Origin: a virus | DNA: 64,000 bases | IMG/VR virus record: IMGVR_UViG_3300046692_000130 | Span: 30,595 to 94,594 of that record | Reading direction: 5' to 3' (one strand) | Shown here: positions 18,385 to 27,318 of the stretch, in pieces | How the letters are laid out: every line of letters begins with the position of its first letter | Position numbering within the stretch: position 1 is the stretch's first letter | The notes under the pieces: generated by a model | Database searches by the model: none | Told to the model about the DNA's origin: nothing | What the model saw: only the letters and a program-made list of their open reading frames with translations | Position numbers and translations under genes: made by a program

Positions 18385-18599
18385 GCCGCCACCTCGATCA
18401 CTGATGCTTGAGACTTAGCTGCTGGGATCGGCTCACCGCTCCGCTTGGCTTCCTCGATCCAGATCTCGATTCCCTCACGCATGTTCTGCTGGGCCTCTTC
18501 CAGAGTCTCACCGCTGGCCACGACCACCGGAAGGTCTGGAACGTACCCGCCCCAACTTCCATCCGCAGCTTGCTCGAATACTGCCGTGTAGTTCGCCAT
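18381..18599 (-). CDS. hicB: HicB family antitoxin (short, no DNA-binding domain)
   Basis: GGYVPDLP..ASGETLEEA...GEPIP. Confidence 0.9.
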   Translation of the reverse strand: MANYTAVFEQAADGSWGGYVPDLPVVVASGETLEEAQQNMREGIEIWIEEAKRSGEPIPAAKSQASVIEVAA

Positions 18600-18787
18600 T
18601 ACCGTAACCCCGCTTGCTTCATGATACTGTTTGCCGTCCCGGGTGGCACGTCCGAACTTAGCTTGTGCGCGGCCACTACGACGATGCCCGACTTGGTCAC
18701 ATGCTTGTAGACCCGATGACTTCCCTTCGTGCGTTCTAACTGCCATCCATCCTCCTCCAAGAGCTTGATGATGTCACGGTATTTCAC
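18599..18787 (-). CDS. hicA: HicA family mRNA interferase toxin
   Basis: GWQLERTKGSHRVYKH...PGTANSIMKQAG. Confidence 0.92.
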   Translation of the reverse strand: MKYRDIIKLLEEDGWQLERTKGSHRVYKHVTKSGIVVVAAHKLSSDVPPGTANSIMKQAGLR

Positions 18788-18816
18788 TTGGTGTCCCTCA
18801 CTGGCTTACATCCATT

Positions 18817-18845
18817 ACTCTACGGAACCATGTGGCAGAAGTCAA
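18817..18845 (-). promoter_or_regulatory. Sigma70-like promoter
   Basis: TTGACT-17-TAGAGT, then N5-ATGTAAG. Confidence 0.65.
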
Positions 18846-18951
18846 CAATTATTTTGCTTGTTACGCTAATTTTCTTTCTTGTCTGCATGTCTGCACAAAC
18901 ACAAACGCCCCGGTCAAAGCCGAGGCGAATGCGAGAGGGACTGACGAAGGT

Positions 18952-19659
18952 TTACGCTACATTCTTCCAACGTGGGCTGTAGCGACCGTAGAGCTTCTTG
19001 CGACCGGCTGGGCCAAGCTTACGCAGGGCGACGATGTTCTTCACGATCTCGGCCCGTTCGAATGAATCCTTACGACCGCCGTCCAAGTAACGAGCGATCT
19101 GGTCGTCGAGGATCCCGGCGAACTCCGTAGGACGAACATAGTGAACAGCATCGAGCAACCAGCCATGGCGGCGATTGACTTCGGCCTTGACAACCTTGTT
19201 CCGCGCCACAGAGCAGCTAGGGCAGAAGAGGCGTTCAGCTTTGTAGGCTGTGATAGCGGTGCCACACTCAGGGTTTGAGCAGACGGCAAGGTTGACGCCA
19301 AGCTGGCGAAGGATATCCAGATCGATCTTCCATGCTGAGTCGCCCATAGCTACCGACTTGAAGACGTTGTAGCAGCGGTTCTGCAGAGAGTGGGTAGCAG
19401 CCTTACCGGCGTTCTGCTTGGTGTCGTACTTGCTGATGGGCATACCGCCCCAGAGAGCGATGAAGTTATCCTCGACCACAACCCCGGGCAGAGAGACGGA
19501 GAACCATTCAGGGTGCTTGTCGCTGAAGGACACATACACCGGGTACTCACCGGCCTCGACCTCGACGTCCTGCCACCATGCAGCGCACTCGTAGCTGGCG
19601 TTGCGGAAGATTGCCTTCTCAGAAACCTTGAATGTGCCGACCTGAATGCTCTGGTTCAT
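18952..19659 (-). CDS. Hypothetical protein with Zn finger
   Basis: CSNPEC...CPSC; RBS present. Confidence 0.65.
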   Translation of the reverse strand: MNQSIQVGTFKVSEKAIFRNASYECAAWWQDVEVEAGEYPVYVSFSDKHPEWFSVSLPGVVVEDNFIALWGGMPISKYDTKQNAGKAATHSLQNRCYNVFKSVAMGDSAWKIDLDILRQLGVNLAVCSNPECGTAITAYKAERLFCPSCSVARNKVVKAEVNRRHGWLLDAVHYVRPTEFAGILDDQIARYLDGGRKDSFERAEIVKNIVALRKLGPAGRKKLYGRYSPRWKNVA

Positions 19660-19698
19660 TGCCTTATCCCCTTAGAAATAGTGTACTCAATCCTGCGT

Positions 19699-19953
19699 TT
19701 ACTTGATCAACGCCTCGACTGCCTCAACATCGACGGCCCAAGTTGTCTGCGTCCAAGTTCCTGAATCTGTGGTTACGTCGCCATGGACTATGACGATGCC
19801 CTTCTGTGCGAGTGACGACATCACACCTGCTAGTTGTCTCGGGTGTTCGACCGCCCCACGGCACTCCTGCACCAAGCCGAAGTCGTGGCCGTTGCCCTTG
19901 CTGCTCTTGAACAGCGCTACCAGAACCTTCTTCTCCATCGGTGTGATCGTCAT
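19699..19953 (-). CDS. Small winged-helix-like protein
   Basis: QLAGVMSSLAQKGIV pattern. Confidence 0.55.
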   Translation of the reverse strand: MTITPMEKKVLVALFKSSKGNGHDFGLVQECRGAVEHPRQLAGVMSSLAQKGIVIVHGDVTTDSGTWTQTTWAVDVEAVEALIK

Positions 19954-19977
19954 CTCGTAATCTCCTTTACATTTTCT

Positions 19978-20020
19978 AAGTTACAGAGGGATTCGGATCG
20001 TGTCAATAGTTTTTATGCTT
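19978..20020 (-). promoter_or_regulatory. Sigma70-like promoter
   Basis: AGCATAAAAACTA-TTGACA-17-TAACTT, then N5-ATGTAA. Confidence 0.7.
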
Positions 20021-20089
20021 GTTTCTATAATTTTCTTTCTGACGCACAAAAGCCCCAGCCGAAGCCGGGGCAAATGTTGGGAGATGGGT

Positions 20090-20995
20090 TTAGCGCTGGG
20101 GATCCCCACCAGACTCGTGCCTGAAGTACTTGCGATACTGCTTCCAGCCACGGAAGTTCCCGATGTAGTCGGAGTCGACCATGGCCTCGGCCTGATGCTC
20201 AAACGGCGAAGCATGGATCGGCGCGGACTGAGACAGGCGCTGGCACAGGGCGAAGTCATCCTCGTACTTGGACAGCTTGTCAGATCCCACCAGTGTGTAC
20301 GAGGTACGGGCGCAACGTGCCGCCGAGACCGACCGTGCCTGATGCAGTGACAGCTTATCGACTTCATCGCTGGTCAGGAAGGGCAGATGCCACTCTCCCG
20401 GCTTCAGGATCTGATACTTCCACTTGCCGCCGTAGCCGAGACGGGCATGCATATCGAAGCCGTCCATGGTGGCCAGCGTCCCTTTTGCAATGCGGATCTC
20501 ACGCTCCATCTGCTTTGCCAGTTCACGGAAGTGAGGCTCGGCGTCAGAGTGATTCCTGAGGAGCAGAAGGTTCTCGACTTCAGTCACGCTGAAGACCTGA
20601 CGCACCCACGAGTACGGCTCCAGATAACGCCCAGCAATGCCCTTGTGGACGCCCAGCTTGGTCAAGAGGTAGGCAAGGGCCACCGGCGCGTAACGGAAGC
20701 CCCTAATGAGCGCTAATGCAGTCTTACGACGCCATCCGTCAAGCTCTGCCCCCGGGTTCATACCCTTCTGATTCTGGCCGATGAAGATCGGAATGTATGG
20801 ATCCTCGATCACGGCCTTGATCATCTTGGACGTCGGTATGGCCCGAGTGCTAGACGTGTTGCGCGAGGCAACCCGGTGCGTAAGAACCTCACCCAGCAGC
20901 GGTCGGGGATATGTCAGGACGAAGGTGTAGATCATGTCGCCGGTCGCACTGTTGCGCGAGGCGAGGTTGAGTTCTGCTTTGATTTGTGTGGTCAC
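20090..20995 (-). CDS. thyX: FAD-dependent thymidylate synthase (phage type)
   Basis: EVLTHRVASRNTSSTRAIP, LLRNH, ARCARTSY and HASPFEHQA motifs. Confidence 0.9.
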   Translation of the reverse strand: MTTQIKAELNLASRNSATGDMIYTFVLTYPRPLLGEVLTHRVASRNTSSTRAIPTSKMIKAVIEDPYIPIFIGQNQKGMNPGAELDGWRRKTALALIRGFRYAPVALAYLLTKLGVHKGIAGRYLEPYSWVRQVFSVTEVENLLLLRNHSDAEPHFRELAKQMEREIRIAKGTLATMDGFDMHARLGYGGKWKYQILKPGEWHLPFLTSDEVDKLSLHQARSVSAARCARTSYTLVGSDKLSKYEDDFALCQRLSQSAPIHASPFEHQAEAMVDSDYIGNFRGWKQYRKYFRHESGGDPQR

Positions 20996-21008
20996 TGAAT
21001 GCTTTCTG

Positions 21009-21197
21009 TTAGAGGTATGTGAGATCGAGCGGGTGGCAAGGGACGGAGTGCTTGGTGCCATCGAACTTCACGTAGACGTAGTGGTCGTAACTTCGTCGAC
21101 GGGCGATGATGCCAGACATCTTTCCATTGGGGCCGATGACACGCTGTCCCGGGACTGGGTTGACGCCGTAGTGTTGCTTCACGTACTCGTATGCCAT
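21009..21197 (-). CDS. Small SH3-like hypothetical protein
   Basis: YEYV..YGV..GQRV...HP.DL.Y pattern seen in small phage proteins. Confidence 0.55.
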   Translation of the reverse strand: MAYEYVKQHYGVNPVPGQRVIGPNGKMSGIIARRRSYDHYVYVKFDGTKHSVPCHPLDLTYL

Positions 21198-21200
21198 CGT

Positions 21201-21776
21201 CTATTGCCCATAGGCTGGCGCACAGGCGCTGGCAGCTTCGTAAGGATCGATCTCAGGCTTGTAGTGGTGAAGGATGTCACCAAGGTCGCAGTCGCTAATT
21301 GCCCAGCCTCTTGACGTGAACTTCAGCGCACGGCGCAAAGGACACAAGGTGCCACGATCCTTCTCGGCCTTCCTGAAGGTGAGCGTCTTGGTCGCGCAGT
21401 CGGTGTAGAAGCCTTCGAGGCAAAGACCGACGAAGCTCTCAGTCGCCTTGTCCCAGTGGATCTCCGCGCAACTCATGAGGTAGTCGAAAGACTTGATCAG
21501 ATCGAGACCGTCGATGAATGGCTTGTAGTAGACGTACTGGACGATGAGTCCGTTGAGATTGATTGTGAAGGAGAGGAAAGTCTTCTTGATCAGACTCCCA
21601 TGACTGGCATCTAGGGCAAGTCGCGCAGCTTGCTCCTCAGAGTGGCAGAAGATATCGATGTCTCGAATCTGCTCACCAGTGACTATGCTTCGTATCGCGC
21701 CACCGGCCAGTACGACGTCATCTTCTTTCATCTGTTGTAGAACGATCTCAGGTAGCGACCCAAGAACGATCTTCAT
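21201..21776 (-). CDS. Nucleotidyltransferase (poly(A) polymerase/CCA head-like)
   Basis: AGGAIRS...RDIDIF...FD...RRALKF. Confidence 0.7.
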   Translation of the reverse strand: MKIVLGSLPEIVLQQMKEDDVVLAGGAIRSIVTGEQIRDIDIFCHSEEQAARLALDASHGSLIKKTFLSFTINLNGLIVQYVYYKPFIDGLDLIKSFDYLMSCAEIHWDKATESFVGLCLEGFYTDCATKTLTFRKAEKDRGTLCPLRRALKFTSRGWAISDCDLGDILHHYKPEIDPYEAASACAPAYGQ

Positions 21777-21783
21777 TGTGGTT

Positions 21784-22119
21784 TCAGTTAGCTGTGGAAC
21801 GGCAGTAATCCTTTCTGGTTGGTTGATAGCTCACGACGCCAAGACCATGGATGCCGAGATCCCGGGCGACCGCAGGAGTCATGTCGAGCACACGCCCATG
21901 GATGAACGGGCCTCGATCAGTGATCACTGCATACGTGCGCTGATGATTGATGGTGTTGTCGATCTGGATGCAAGTGCCAAGCGCATAACGCCGACTCGCT
22001 ACGCTATGGGCAGATGGGTTGTAACGATTCCCATTCGCCATGCGATGACCTACAAAGTGTGTGCTGTAGATTGACGCGATCCCTAACACAGCAACTGCTA
22101 CGGCTCTGTGCCTAAGCAA
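21784..22119 (-). CDS. RlpA-like lytic transglycosylase (DPBB domain)
   Basis: ASIY..MANG.RY...ITDRGPFIHGRVLDMT. Confidence 0.85.
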   Translation of the reverse strand: MLRHRAVAVAVLGIASIYSTHFVGHRMANGNRYNPSAHSVASRRYALGTCIQIDNTINHQRTYAVITDRGPFIHGRVLDMTPAVARDLGIHGLGVVSYQPTRKDYCRSTAN

Positions 22120-22435
22120 ATGCCAGCGTTCCTTCTAGGAAGGTTGAGCGTGTATCGCGCTTGAGCGGTGCGTCATACCGGTGAACAAAGATCTTGGCTG
22201 CATGTTGCGCTTCTTCAACGATCTCTTCATCAGTGAACTTGATTCCAAGACTACGCTCGACGTACATCAACTCTTCAGTTGAGTGGAGCACTTCACCGTT
22301 CTGCCATAGAGCTACACGTAGCGAACCATGAGGGCTACGCAGGGACTCCATCGCAGCACGAAGAGCGTCGACGTAATTTTCATCGAATGACTGAGAGCAA
22401 CCAGTCTCATCAACAAGAACGATATCTTCAAGCAT
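22112..22435 (-). CDS. Hypothetical protein
   Basis: Tiles with neighbouring genes; AAGG RBS. Confidence 0.5.
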   Translation of the reverse strand: MLEDIVLVDETGCSQSFDENYVDALRAAMESLRSPHGSLRVALWQNGEVLHSTEELMYVERSLGIKFTDEEIVEEAQHAAKIFVHRYDAPLKRDTRSTFLEGTLAFA

Positions 22436-22661
22436 GTTCCTTCTCTTTCTTGGTTTCGGATTTTTCTTCGTAGAGTAGTGCTGGCTTGTCGTCGAAGTAC
22501 CACCAGACCATGAATGCTGCAGCATATTGCAAGTAGACCCTCGGGCAGATCTCAGCCTTAGCTGCCTTCTCTAGTGCTGATGTAACGCGGTAACGCCAAT
22601 AGTCTTCGTGATTTCTACTAACCTGCTCGGGGATGAGTCGGGGTAAGGGCGAATCAATCAT
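22428..22661 (-). CDS. Hypothetical protein
   Basis: Tiles with neighbouring genes. Confidence 0.45.
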   Translation of the reverse strand: MIDSPLPRLIPEQVSRNHEDYWRYRVTSALEKAAKAEICPRVYLQYAAAFMVWWYFDDKPALLYEEKSETKKEKEHA

Positions 22662-22672
22662 TAGCGGTTCAC

Positions 22673-22807
22673 TTACTCCTCGATCAGTTCAGCGGCTTCG
22701 TTGCACTCGGGGTGACTACATAGCACGATGTCTTCAGGATCAACATCGGGCCTATTGATCACCCGTTCGGTCTCGTGGCCCTCAGGACACTCATAAATTG
22801 CCAGCAC
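22673..22807 (-). CDS. Small Zn-ribbon protein (FmdB-like, 44 aa; not in ORF track)
   Basis: GAGGA RBS, GTG start, YECPEGHETE...CSHPEC. Confidence 0.55.
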   Translation of the reverse strand: MLAIYECPEGHETERVINRPDVDPEDIVLCSHPECNEAAELIEE

Positions 22808-23084
22808 GGTTCCTCACCTTCTTGACACGTTGCAATGCTGATTCACGCTGCTCCAGACGACGTTGTAGCTGGTTATTCCTATCAGCCATACGTTGTAGCG
22901 CACAGGTCTTGCACTCGTTGTAGTATCCGAAGTCCATTTGCAGGAGGTGGATTGTGCAGTACCCGTTGCGTCGAAGCACCTTGAGATCGGCGCGCTGCTG
23001 TAGCCGTCTCTCGATGCGTTCAATCAAGCGGTTGGACAATACCAGCCCGACAATGGCAGAGATGATAAGAAGGCAACCAGTCAC
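22791..23084 (-). CDS. Membrane-anchored hypothetical protein
   Basis: N-terminal TM, CxxH..CxxC, coiled coil; coupled to the lysozyme gene. Confidence 0.5.
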   Translation of the reverse strand: MTGCLLIISAIVGLVLSNRLIERIERRLQQRADLKVLRRNGYCTIHLLQMDFGYYNECKTCALQRMADRNNQLQRRLEQRESALQRVKKVRNRAGNL

Positions 23085-23611
23085 AGTAGATCCTGAGTCC
23101 TTTCTGGGTAGTCGCGCTGCACACTTGCGCCTTCCTTGATCAAGCGGACAACGTCAAAGGCACGAGTCTTGACCTCACGGAACCATGCACTGTTGGTGAA
23201 CTGGGCAGCGGCCACGTTGTAGTTCTCTGCTTGGAGGGCAGCAATCGCCTTGTAGAAACCAGCGAACTTGGTAGCACCCATGTTGAAGACCATGTCGATC
23301 ACGGCAGCGCGCACAGGATCTGGGAGATGGTCAAAGTTCGAAACAGCGCCACGAGCACCTTTGATTGCGTCGGCCAGACTGGCTTGGAACAACGTGTCGA
23401 TTTGTGCGTCGTTGAGTGGAAGGTGACCACTGAGTACCCACTTGTATGTAAGGCCCAGTGCTTCGATCTTCTGCTGCGCGCCATCAGCCTTGAGATTGAA
23501 GCCGATGCCGATAGTGGGAATGCCCTTGGAGTCGAGATACATTGAAGACCGTCTGCCCTCGTGCTTTGCAATAAGGTCTTCTACAAACTTGGCGAATTCT
23601 GCAGGGTTCAA
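23081..23611 (-). CDS. Phage lysozyme (GH24)
   Basis: HEG...YLDSKGIPTIGIGFNL, DMVFNMG and SAWFREV..RA motifs. Confidence 0.9.
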   Translation of the reverse strand: MNPAEFAKFVEDLIAKHEGRRSSMYLDSKGIPTIGIGFNLKADGAQQKIEALGLTYKWVLSGHLPLNDAQIDTLFQASLADAIKGARGAVSNFDHLPDPVRAAVIDMVFNMGATKFAGFYKAIAALQAENYNVAAAQFTNSAWFREVKTRAFDVVRLIKEGASVQRDYPERTQDLL

Positions 23612-23620
23612 CTTTGTCCT

Positions 23621-23833
23621 TTACGTAGTTAGTCGGAACAGGTTTTCGAGTTCCATGATTTGCATGTCGGCAGACATCTTGAGCGCCGGTTCGCGCCGTT
23701 CGATATTGACCTCTTCGTCAGCAATGAATGCGTTCGTAAGTCGGCAATGGTGGCAGAGCACACCGTCTGCCTCGGTCTCGATCAGGTCGTTAGCATCACC
23801 GCATGAGCGGCACCTGTATTCGGGCCAGAGCAC
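23621..23833 (-). CDS. Small Zn-finger hypothetical protein
   Basis: CRSC...CHHC. Confidence 0.5.
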   Translation of the reverse strand: MLWPEYRCRSCGDANDLIETEADGVLCHHCRLTNAFIADEEVNIERREPALKMSADMQIMELENLFRLTT

Positions 23834-24396
23834 TACTCACCCTTGGCGACGAAGTGTTCGAAGCGCTCGATTGCAATGAGTCCCATGGCCCTGCGCTTGT
23901 GGTTGATACTGCGAGTAGACTTGGCACGGTCGCTTGGCCTCGCGAAGTCAGTGATAAGGTGGATCCGCTCCTCGTTGTTCACCTGCGTCTCAAGCTGCTC
24001 GTACGCGAACCGGAACCTCTGTGGCCAGTTATGTACGAAGAACAGGTTGCGAGTCACTTCCCACTTCAGTCCAAGCAGCGCCGATGCGAGATCCCCGGGA
24101 TCAGTGATCTTCTTCATGACACGCTTTGGAATACGCTGTGTCGACTCTGGCCACTTGGGCGCATCTTCCGTCTTCAGGAAGTCGTCCAACGACCCGCGCA
24201 TATAGGTCATCTTTGTCTGGAAGTCGACCGGGAACCCACATTCGACGTTGATGTTCCCAGCAATGCATGCTGTAGTGCCACACGAGTTGCCTTCGCGAAC
24301 CCAGCTATCCATGTCGATCAGTTGCGGAGCGGACTTCATGCGTTCCAGTACGCGCTTCAGAATGCTCTTTGCTTCCTTCTTCAATCTCACTGCCAT
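23833..24396 (-). CDS. Phage hypothetical protein (CGTTACIAG family)
   Basis: DMDSW...CGTTACIAG...LLGL...LF. Confidence 0.65.
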   Translation of the reverse strand: MAVRLKKEAKSILKRVLERMKSAPQLIDMDSWVREGNSCGTTACIAGNINVECGFPVDFQTKMTYMRGSLDDFLKTEDAPKWPESTQRIPKRVMKKITDPGDLASALLGLKWEVTRNLFFVHNWPQRFRFAYEQLETQVNNEERIHLITDFARPSDRAKSTRSINHKRRAMGLIAIERFEHFVAKGE

Positions 24397-24442
24397 GTAA
24401 GTCTCCCCTCGGTCGTCGACCGGTTATTTGCTGTCTGTATCG

Positions 24443-24859
24443 TTAGAAGTCGCCGGTGTTGCTTCCGTCGTAACCTTCGTCCTCGCTGCCAAAGTCATCA
24501 GACTCGTCATCATCGAAGAATTGGTCGTACTCAGACTTGTAGTCCTCGTCGTCGTTGCCTTCGTCTTCGCCTGAAAGAACGTGTTCAGGTGCGTCGTCGT
24601 AGTCGTCCAGACTGGGCAGAGGCTTGCGGTGTGCAACGTCTGAGACGATTCCGAATCCGAACTTGCCTTCGTCCTGATAGACAGCTTCAATGTCGCTGTT
24701 TGCGCGCTTTACGAGACCGACTGACGCGTCATGGTGATTGTTGAGGATGAGCGCGACGTCGATGCCGGTTAGCTCAGAATCTTCGAAGAGTTGGTCGTGA
24801 TGTTGGCGGCAGAGTTGGTGCATTGCTATGCAGTCACTCCTACGCGTGAAATCATCCAA
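24443..24859 (-). CDS. Hypothetical protein with very acidic C-terminus
   Basis: D/E-rich tail. Confidence 0.55.
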   Translation of the reverse strand: MDDFTRRSDCIAMHQLCRQHHDQLFEDSELTGIDVALILNNHHDASVGLVKRANSDIEAVYQDEGKFGFGIVSDVAHRKPLPSLDDYDDAPEHVLSGEDEGNDDEDYKSEYDQFFDDDESDDFGSEDEGYDGSNTGDF

Positions 24860-25278
24860 CGTGCAGCCGGGGATCCCGAGTACACTGTGCTTCCAGTTCC
24901 TACACGCTCGATCTCACCAGCGTCGGCCATCTCAGAGATGCGCGCCGTAACGGTTGAGTAGCGCCATGCCGGGAATGCTGCCAGTACGTCTTCTGCCATG
25001 CAGCCGGGGTGGCTTGCGATGTAGTCCAGAATCTGCTGGCGCTTGCTGACCTTGGTCTTGTTGGCGATCTCATTCGCTGCGGTCGAGTTGGGCGTCGTGC
25101 TTACTGAGTCAACGACAAAGATGTGGGTAGGGGTCGTGCCGGTGAGAGGCTGATCGGCTTTGCTCTTGAAATTGTCGTACTGGGCCTGTTCGGACGGGGT
25201 AAGCTTGACTCCCAAGAAAACCTTCGTGCGAAGGATGGTTCCTAGTTCCTGCTGTGACGCGATTGCTGCTGGCGACAT
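24826..25278 (-). CDS. Winged-helix DNA-binding protein
   Basis: ILDYIASHPG..AEDV...STVTARISEM..G.IER. Confidence 0.7.
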   Translation of the reverse strand: MSPAAIASQQELGTILRTKVFLGVKLTPSEQAQYDNFKSKADQPLTGTTPTHIFVVDSVSTTPNSTAANEIANKTKVSKRQQILDYIASHPGCMAEDVLAAFPAWRYSTVTARISEMADAGEIERVGTGSTVYSGSPAARWMISRVGVTA

Positions 25279-25328
25279 TCTGTGGGTGTTCCTCCATGAG
25301 TTGGTCAGCACTGCTCTGACCTGAAGTA

Positions 25329-25372
25329 ACTATAGCAAATTGTTTGACTGAATGCAATAGTTTTTATGCTGG
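25329..25372 (-). promoter_or_regulatory. Sigma70-like promoter
   Basis: CCAGCATAAAAACTA-TTGCAT-17-TATAGT. Confidence 0.7.
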
Positions 25373-25387
25373 TTTTTCATGCAAAGT

Positions 25388-25427
25388 AAAAGCGGTGTCT
25401 ACAAGGTTTTGGCCCTGTAAACACCGC
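25388..25427 (-). terminator. Terminator after nrdA
   Basis: GCGGTGT.TACA.GG..CC.TGTA.ACACCGC followed by a T-run on the minus strand. Confidence 0.6.
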
Positions 25428-25434
25428 GTGTGAT

Positions 25435-27087
25435 TTATGCACTACAGGACGCGCAGTCAAGAAGTGAACGGCTCAACTCTTGCGCTGCATTGACACTGTA
25501 CTGGTAATAGAGACTCTTGACGCCAAGCTCGTGCGCCAGAAGGAACAGAGCATTGACATCCTTGATCGGATCCTTCGGCGAGATCATCAGATTCAGAGAC
25601 ACGCCCTGATCGATGAAGCGCTGGCGCGCACCGGCCTGAATGATCACTTCCTTAGGCGAGATCTCGGCAAACGTCTTGAAGACAGCCTTCTCATGATCAC
25701 TGAGGAAGTCCAGATGCTGAACGCTTCCCTTCTTGGACAGAATGCTATCCCAGACCTCAGGTGTGTTCCTGCCCATGGACTCAAGCAGCGCCTCCAAGTG
25801 GACGTTCTTGATCGTGAACTTACCCTTGGCGAGATCCTTGATGTAGTAGTTCGCCTTGTGTGGCTCGATACCCTCAGAGACCTGACCGAGAATGAACGCA
25901 GACGACTTGGTCGGCGCAATGGCCAATAGCGTCGTGTTACGGCGTCCGTAGCCCTTCAGATAGTAAGGCTCCCCAAAGATCTGTGCGAGGTCAGTAGAGG
26001 CAGCGTATGCCTGTTCCTTGATGGTCTTAGCGATCTCCACGTTGAGGAACTTAGCCTCCATGGATTCGAACGGAATCATCTTGCTCTGCAGGTAGCTGTG
26101 CCAGCCAAGCTGACCGATACCGAGAGCACGGTGACGCTTTGCGAACAGCACTGCGCGCTCAAGGAACCTGATGCCAGCCGCCTTCTCGATGAACTCCGAC
26201 ATGACTGCGTCGAGAAAGAAGGTCAGAAGCTCTACAGCGTCCGTATTCTTCCACGCGTCATAATGCAAAAGGTTCATGCTCGACAGGTCACAGACGAACG
26301 ACTCGGTCTCAGAGTCTGGCAGCATAATCTCGCTGCACAGATTCGAGTGAGTGATCTTCATGCCCTTGTCGCGATAGACATCAGGCGCGCCGTTGTTGGC
26401 GTTGTCGATGAAGAGGATGTATGGGTAGCCGACGTTGGCCCGTACCTCAAGCACCTTGGCCCAGATCTTGCGCTTCTCAGCATCACCGGCCTTCATCTCT
26501 GCCAGCCAGTAGTCTGGTACTGAGACGCCAAACGAGAGATCCTGTACCGGGCTTCCCTCGCTCCTGATTGTCAGGAACTCCATGATGTCGCCGTGATCGA
26601 TCGGCAAGTACGCGGCGAAGTTTCCACGGCGTGTGCGACCTTGTGAGACCACGTTGATCAGGTTGTCGAACAGGCGCATGAAGTGGACTGCACCTGAACT
26701 CTCACCGTTGTCAGTGATCGGTGCGCCACGCTTACGAAGCTCACCAAAATAGGCCGACGTACCGCCACCATACTTGGTCATGGCTCCGACTTCAGAGACT
26801 GTGTGAAGGATTGATTCAATCGTGTCGCCCATGTACGAGCCAAAGCACGATATGGGCAGACCACGGTTAGTGCCGAAGTTAGCCCAGATGGGTGTAGAGA
26901 GGGACACCCAGCCCTTCTGAATGATTGCCTTGAAGCGCGCTGCGAAGCCGGAGATCCCCAGCCTACGCTCTGCCTCTGAGCAGATGATGTCTACGCGCTC
27001 GTCAAGCGTCTGGCCGGGTAAAAGGTAGTCCCGGTCTAGGAATTGCTGGCTCATTTCTGTAAGCCAGACGTAATCTGTGTTGCTCAA
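25435..27087 (-). CDS. nrdA: Class I ribonucleotide reductase alpha subunit (short, no ATP cone)
   Basis: PISCF, GGG, SNLCSEI, AIAPT, KSLYY and C-terminal CASC motifs. Confidence 0.95.
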   Translation of the reverse strand: MSNTDYVWLTEMSQQFLDRDYLLPGQTLDERVDIICSEAERRLGISGFAARFKAIIQKGWVSLSTPIWANFGTNRGLPISCFGSYMGDTIESILHTVSEVGAMTKYGGGTSAYFGELRKRGAPITDNGESSGAVHFMRLFDNLINVVSQGRTRRGNFAAYLPIDHGDIMEFLTIRSEGSPVQDLSFGVSVPDYWLAEMKAGDAEKRKIWAKVLEVRANVGYPYILFIDNANNGAPDVYRDKGMKITHSNLCSEIMLPDSETESFVCDLSSMNLLHYDAWKNTDAVELLTFFLDAVMSEFIEKAAGIRFLERAVLFAKRHRALGIGQLGWHSYLQSKMIPFESMEAKFLNVEIAKTIKEQAYAASTDLAQIFGEPYYLKGYGRRNTTLLAIAPTKSSAFILGQVSEGIEPHKANYYIKDLAKGKFTIKNVHLEALLESMGRNTPEVWDSILSKKGSVQHLDFLSDHEKAVFKTFAEISPKEVIIQAGARQRFIDQGVSLNLMISPKDPIKDVNALFLLAHELGVKSLYYQYSVNAAQELSRSLLDCASCSA

Positions 27088-27095
27088 AAACTCTC

Positions 27096-27308
27096 CTATC
27101 CTTTGTTGCTGTAGATAACCTTGCCGTCGACTCGCGCTTCTTCCATATCCTCAGGGGCATACTGTGCAGCGAGGAACGCAGTTGCGTCATGGATGAGGCT
27201 CTGGACTTCTGTTAGTGGCTGGCCAGCTTTGATCGGTGGATCGTACTCGGCCTTCAGGGACAAGGTGCCATCTGGGTTCTCGGTGACTGTCAGTGTTGCT
27301 TTGCTCAA
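27096..27308 (-). CDS. Hypothetical protein between nrdB and nrdA
   Basis: AAGGAG RBS and TTG start. Confidence 0.5.
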   Translation of the reverse strand: MSKATLTVTENPDGTLSLKAEYDPPIKAGQPLTEVQSLIHDATAFLAAQYAPEDMEEARVDGKVIYSNKG

Positions 27309-27318
27309 TACGTTCTCC

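Noticed and set aside
23803-24744. Long antisense ORFs (e.g. 23803-24744, 34804-35610, 44018-44761, 11738-12568)
   Set aside because: Shadow frames opposite well-supported genes, expected at this GC content.
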